A stretch of DNA of 63,092 bases, counting the filler, from Octopus bimaculoides (Eukaryota), in the NCBI RefSeq assembly GCF_001194135.2. It is 7 parts of 7 records of this genome, joined end to end, with 100 filler letters (N's around TTAATTAATTAA, not from the genome) between each part and the next. Parts side by side here need not be neighbours in the genome. Positions count along the whole stretch, not along the records: positions 61,242 to 63,092 come from NW_026426555.1; 6 more parts are not named here. One strand, written 5' to 3'. Below, piece by piece: positions 61,142-63,092 of this stretch. Positions within the stretch are counted from its first letter, which is position 1. The number at the start of each line of letters is the position of its first letter. The notes under the pieces are model-generated. The model ran no database searches, had not been told where the DNA came from, and worked only from the letters and a program-made list of their open reading frames with translations. The position numbers and the translations under genes were made by a program.

Positions 61142-62574
61142 NNNNNNNNNNNNNNNNNNNNNNNNNNNNNNNNNNNNNNNNNNNNTTAATTAATTAANNN
61201 NNNNNNNNNNNNNNNNNNNNNNNNNNNNNNNNNNNNNNNNNAAACAGAATGACACTCCGTAGACACAATAGAATAAGCTTCAGCACACGAATTCACATAA
61301 AGAACCTTGGAAACCAAATACAAATACAAAATATTGTTTTCTGCTTATTACATTTTGTAGGAGTAGGAAAATATGAATTTGTTTGTGGCCCAGGGAATTA
61401 GTCACAGTTGAAGAATTATATTTTTCAGATGGGTTGAGAAAGCAGTTTTGCCATGTTTGGATTGGCTGAATCACAAAACCAATTTGGGACTAATGGGCCA
61501 TTATATTTTCACTCAGCCCCATGTACGTTAATGATATTTTTTATTATCAACTAAAATGATGGTAACTAATAAAGAACTAAACACTAATGCATCCAGTCCT
61601 TCACTGCTTCAATAAACTTACTATTGTCTAATCTGTGACTGATTCTTATTTGCCCAAGCTTTCAAGATATGCAGAGAATAGGTGCAGATATAACTTGATT
61701 CCCATCCACATGGTTTGAGTCCTGCTGTGTGACACCTTGGTTAAATGTCATTTACCTTGTGAGTAGATTTGGTAGACAGAAACTGAAAGAAACCTGTCAT
61801 GCATGGGTGTGTGTATGCATGTATATGTATGTGTGTGCTTCCTGTGCTCTTTGTCAGACATAGGAAAATATTACTTTAGTTGGAAACAAGTGAAGGTTGC
61901 TGATAGGGAAAGCACCTGGTCATAGAAAATCTTCCTCAACAAATTCCATCTGATTTCTAGCAGCATGGAAAAGTGTCTGTTAAAATAGTGATGACGATAC
62001 TGTTGTTTAAATTAATGCCAGCACTTGGTTTGTGCTTATGTTGCGGATCCCAGCATAATGGAGATAAGAGCTAAGCTGACAACAAAGGAATTTCAAGTGA
62101 AAAAACAGGGTATAGGTTTTTATCAAGTACTTTAGAAATCCTATTCACTGCTTCAGGCCTTCCTTGCCACGCAACTGCACCACCCAATGTCATAATGTTC
62201 TGTTCTAGTATATGATTTACAACTTCAAACAGAACTATGGTTAGCAATGAATGTGTGTGATAACACAATTTAAATTTATGTTTGTATGTCTGCAGAAGAT
62301 ATAGTGAATTAAATTCTGCCTAGTACTTGCTCTTTGCTTTATGCTGTCAACCTCAGAATACTAAAAGTTTATAGGTGCAGTTGATAGGAGAGGTATTTCA
62401 ATTCAATAAACAGGATATACTAAATAAGGTATTTTAATAGGTGTCCTGATTATATCATCTTTTCTTGGAATTGTTACCCACCTCACTCAGACCCCTCTCA
62501 CAGCCTATATTGCATCATTCAAAACCATAAGGCTATATATTAGCATGTGATCATTACTAACTATTAAAGCAACA

Positions 62575-62670
62575 ATGGCTGAAGAAGAGATTGCATCTCT
62601 TGAAAAGGCAGTGCAAGACCAAACTGAATTTTTGCAACAATTAAAAAGAAAGAATGCCGGAGAAGAAAAA
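62575..62670 (+). CDS. First coding exon of a WHEP-domain protein, most like histidyl-tRNA synthetase (the gene continues beyond the window)
   Basis: ATG in context ACAATGG. Reads MAEEEIASLEKAVQDQTEFLQQLKRKNAGEEK, then GTAAGG at 62671 (phase 0). Aligns by eye with the recalled human HARS1 start [30 protein letters not shown]. Upstream acceptors at 62503 and 62569; in-frame TGA at 62548. Confidence 0.6.
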
Positions 62671-62988
62671 GTAAGGTCTTTTTTTTTTTATGAATTTATA
62701 TATGTACGTGTGTGTGATAATAAAATACTTTTAGTTCTAGATTATTGTGTAATTGTGATTTCTGAATTTTGCCGATCTTAAGTGATATTTAATATTCACG
62801 GACCATTCATTCTCAAGTTAATACAAAATAATAAGAATATCAATAATAATTCTGTAATTTTGGCAAAAGGTCAGTAATTTTGAGGGGAGGAGGCAAGTCA
62901 ATTACAATGACCCCCAGTTCTTGACTGGTACTTATTGAAAAAGGATGCAAGTCAAACTCAGATGAATTTGAACTCACCCTGTTGAGCT

Positions 62989-63022
<34 letters not shown>

Positions 63023-63023
<1 letters not shown>

Positions 63024-63092
63024 CCTTTCCACTGAGGGCACAAGGCCTTGAAATTTTGCGGGAGGAGACTAGTTGATTACATCGAGCCCAGT
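63023..63092 (-). mobile_element. SINE family B tail (type i) next to (TAA)n at 62990-63022
   Basis: cctttccactgagggcacaaggccttgaaatttt...gattacatcga.cccagt. Confidence 0.8.

Overview
This is AT-rich, microsatellite-dense eukaryotic draft-assembly sequence with many N gaps. It is most likely from an octopus (inferred from the SINE families and repeat landscape). It is almost entirely non-coding, and most ORF-track entries are microsatellite or gap artefacts. The one convincing host coding exon is at 62575-62670 (+): an N-terminal WHEP-like helix ending at a GT donor, most like histidyl-tRNA synthetase. A CpG-rich promoter-like island with a TATA box and a strong donor lies at about 26.6-27.07 kb. 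The rest is a layered collection of decayed mobile elements: at least four tRNA-derived SINE families, two different R4/Dong-like restriction-like-endonuclease (RLE) retrotransposons, RTE, CR1 and Penelope fragments, a mariner relic and MITE, a GC-rich hAT transposase fragment, hAT MITEs and Helentron-type (HINE) elements. The top leads are: (1) an R4/Dong-like element whose 3' end runs directly into TTAGGG-like repeats, while the other Dong-like element ends in (TAA)n; (2) six dispersed hammerhead-ribozyme-like motifs; (3) an RTE copy whose endonuclease is fused to the RT C-terminus by a microhomology deletion; (4) a hAT fragment whose composition suggests possible horizontal origin. All family assignments rest on recalled motifs; no searches were run.
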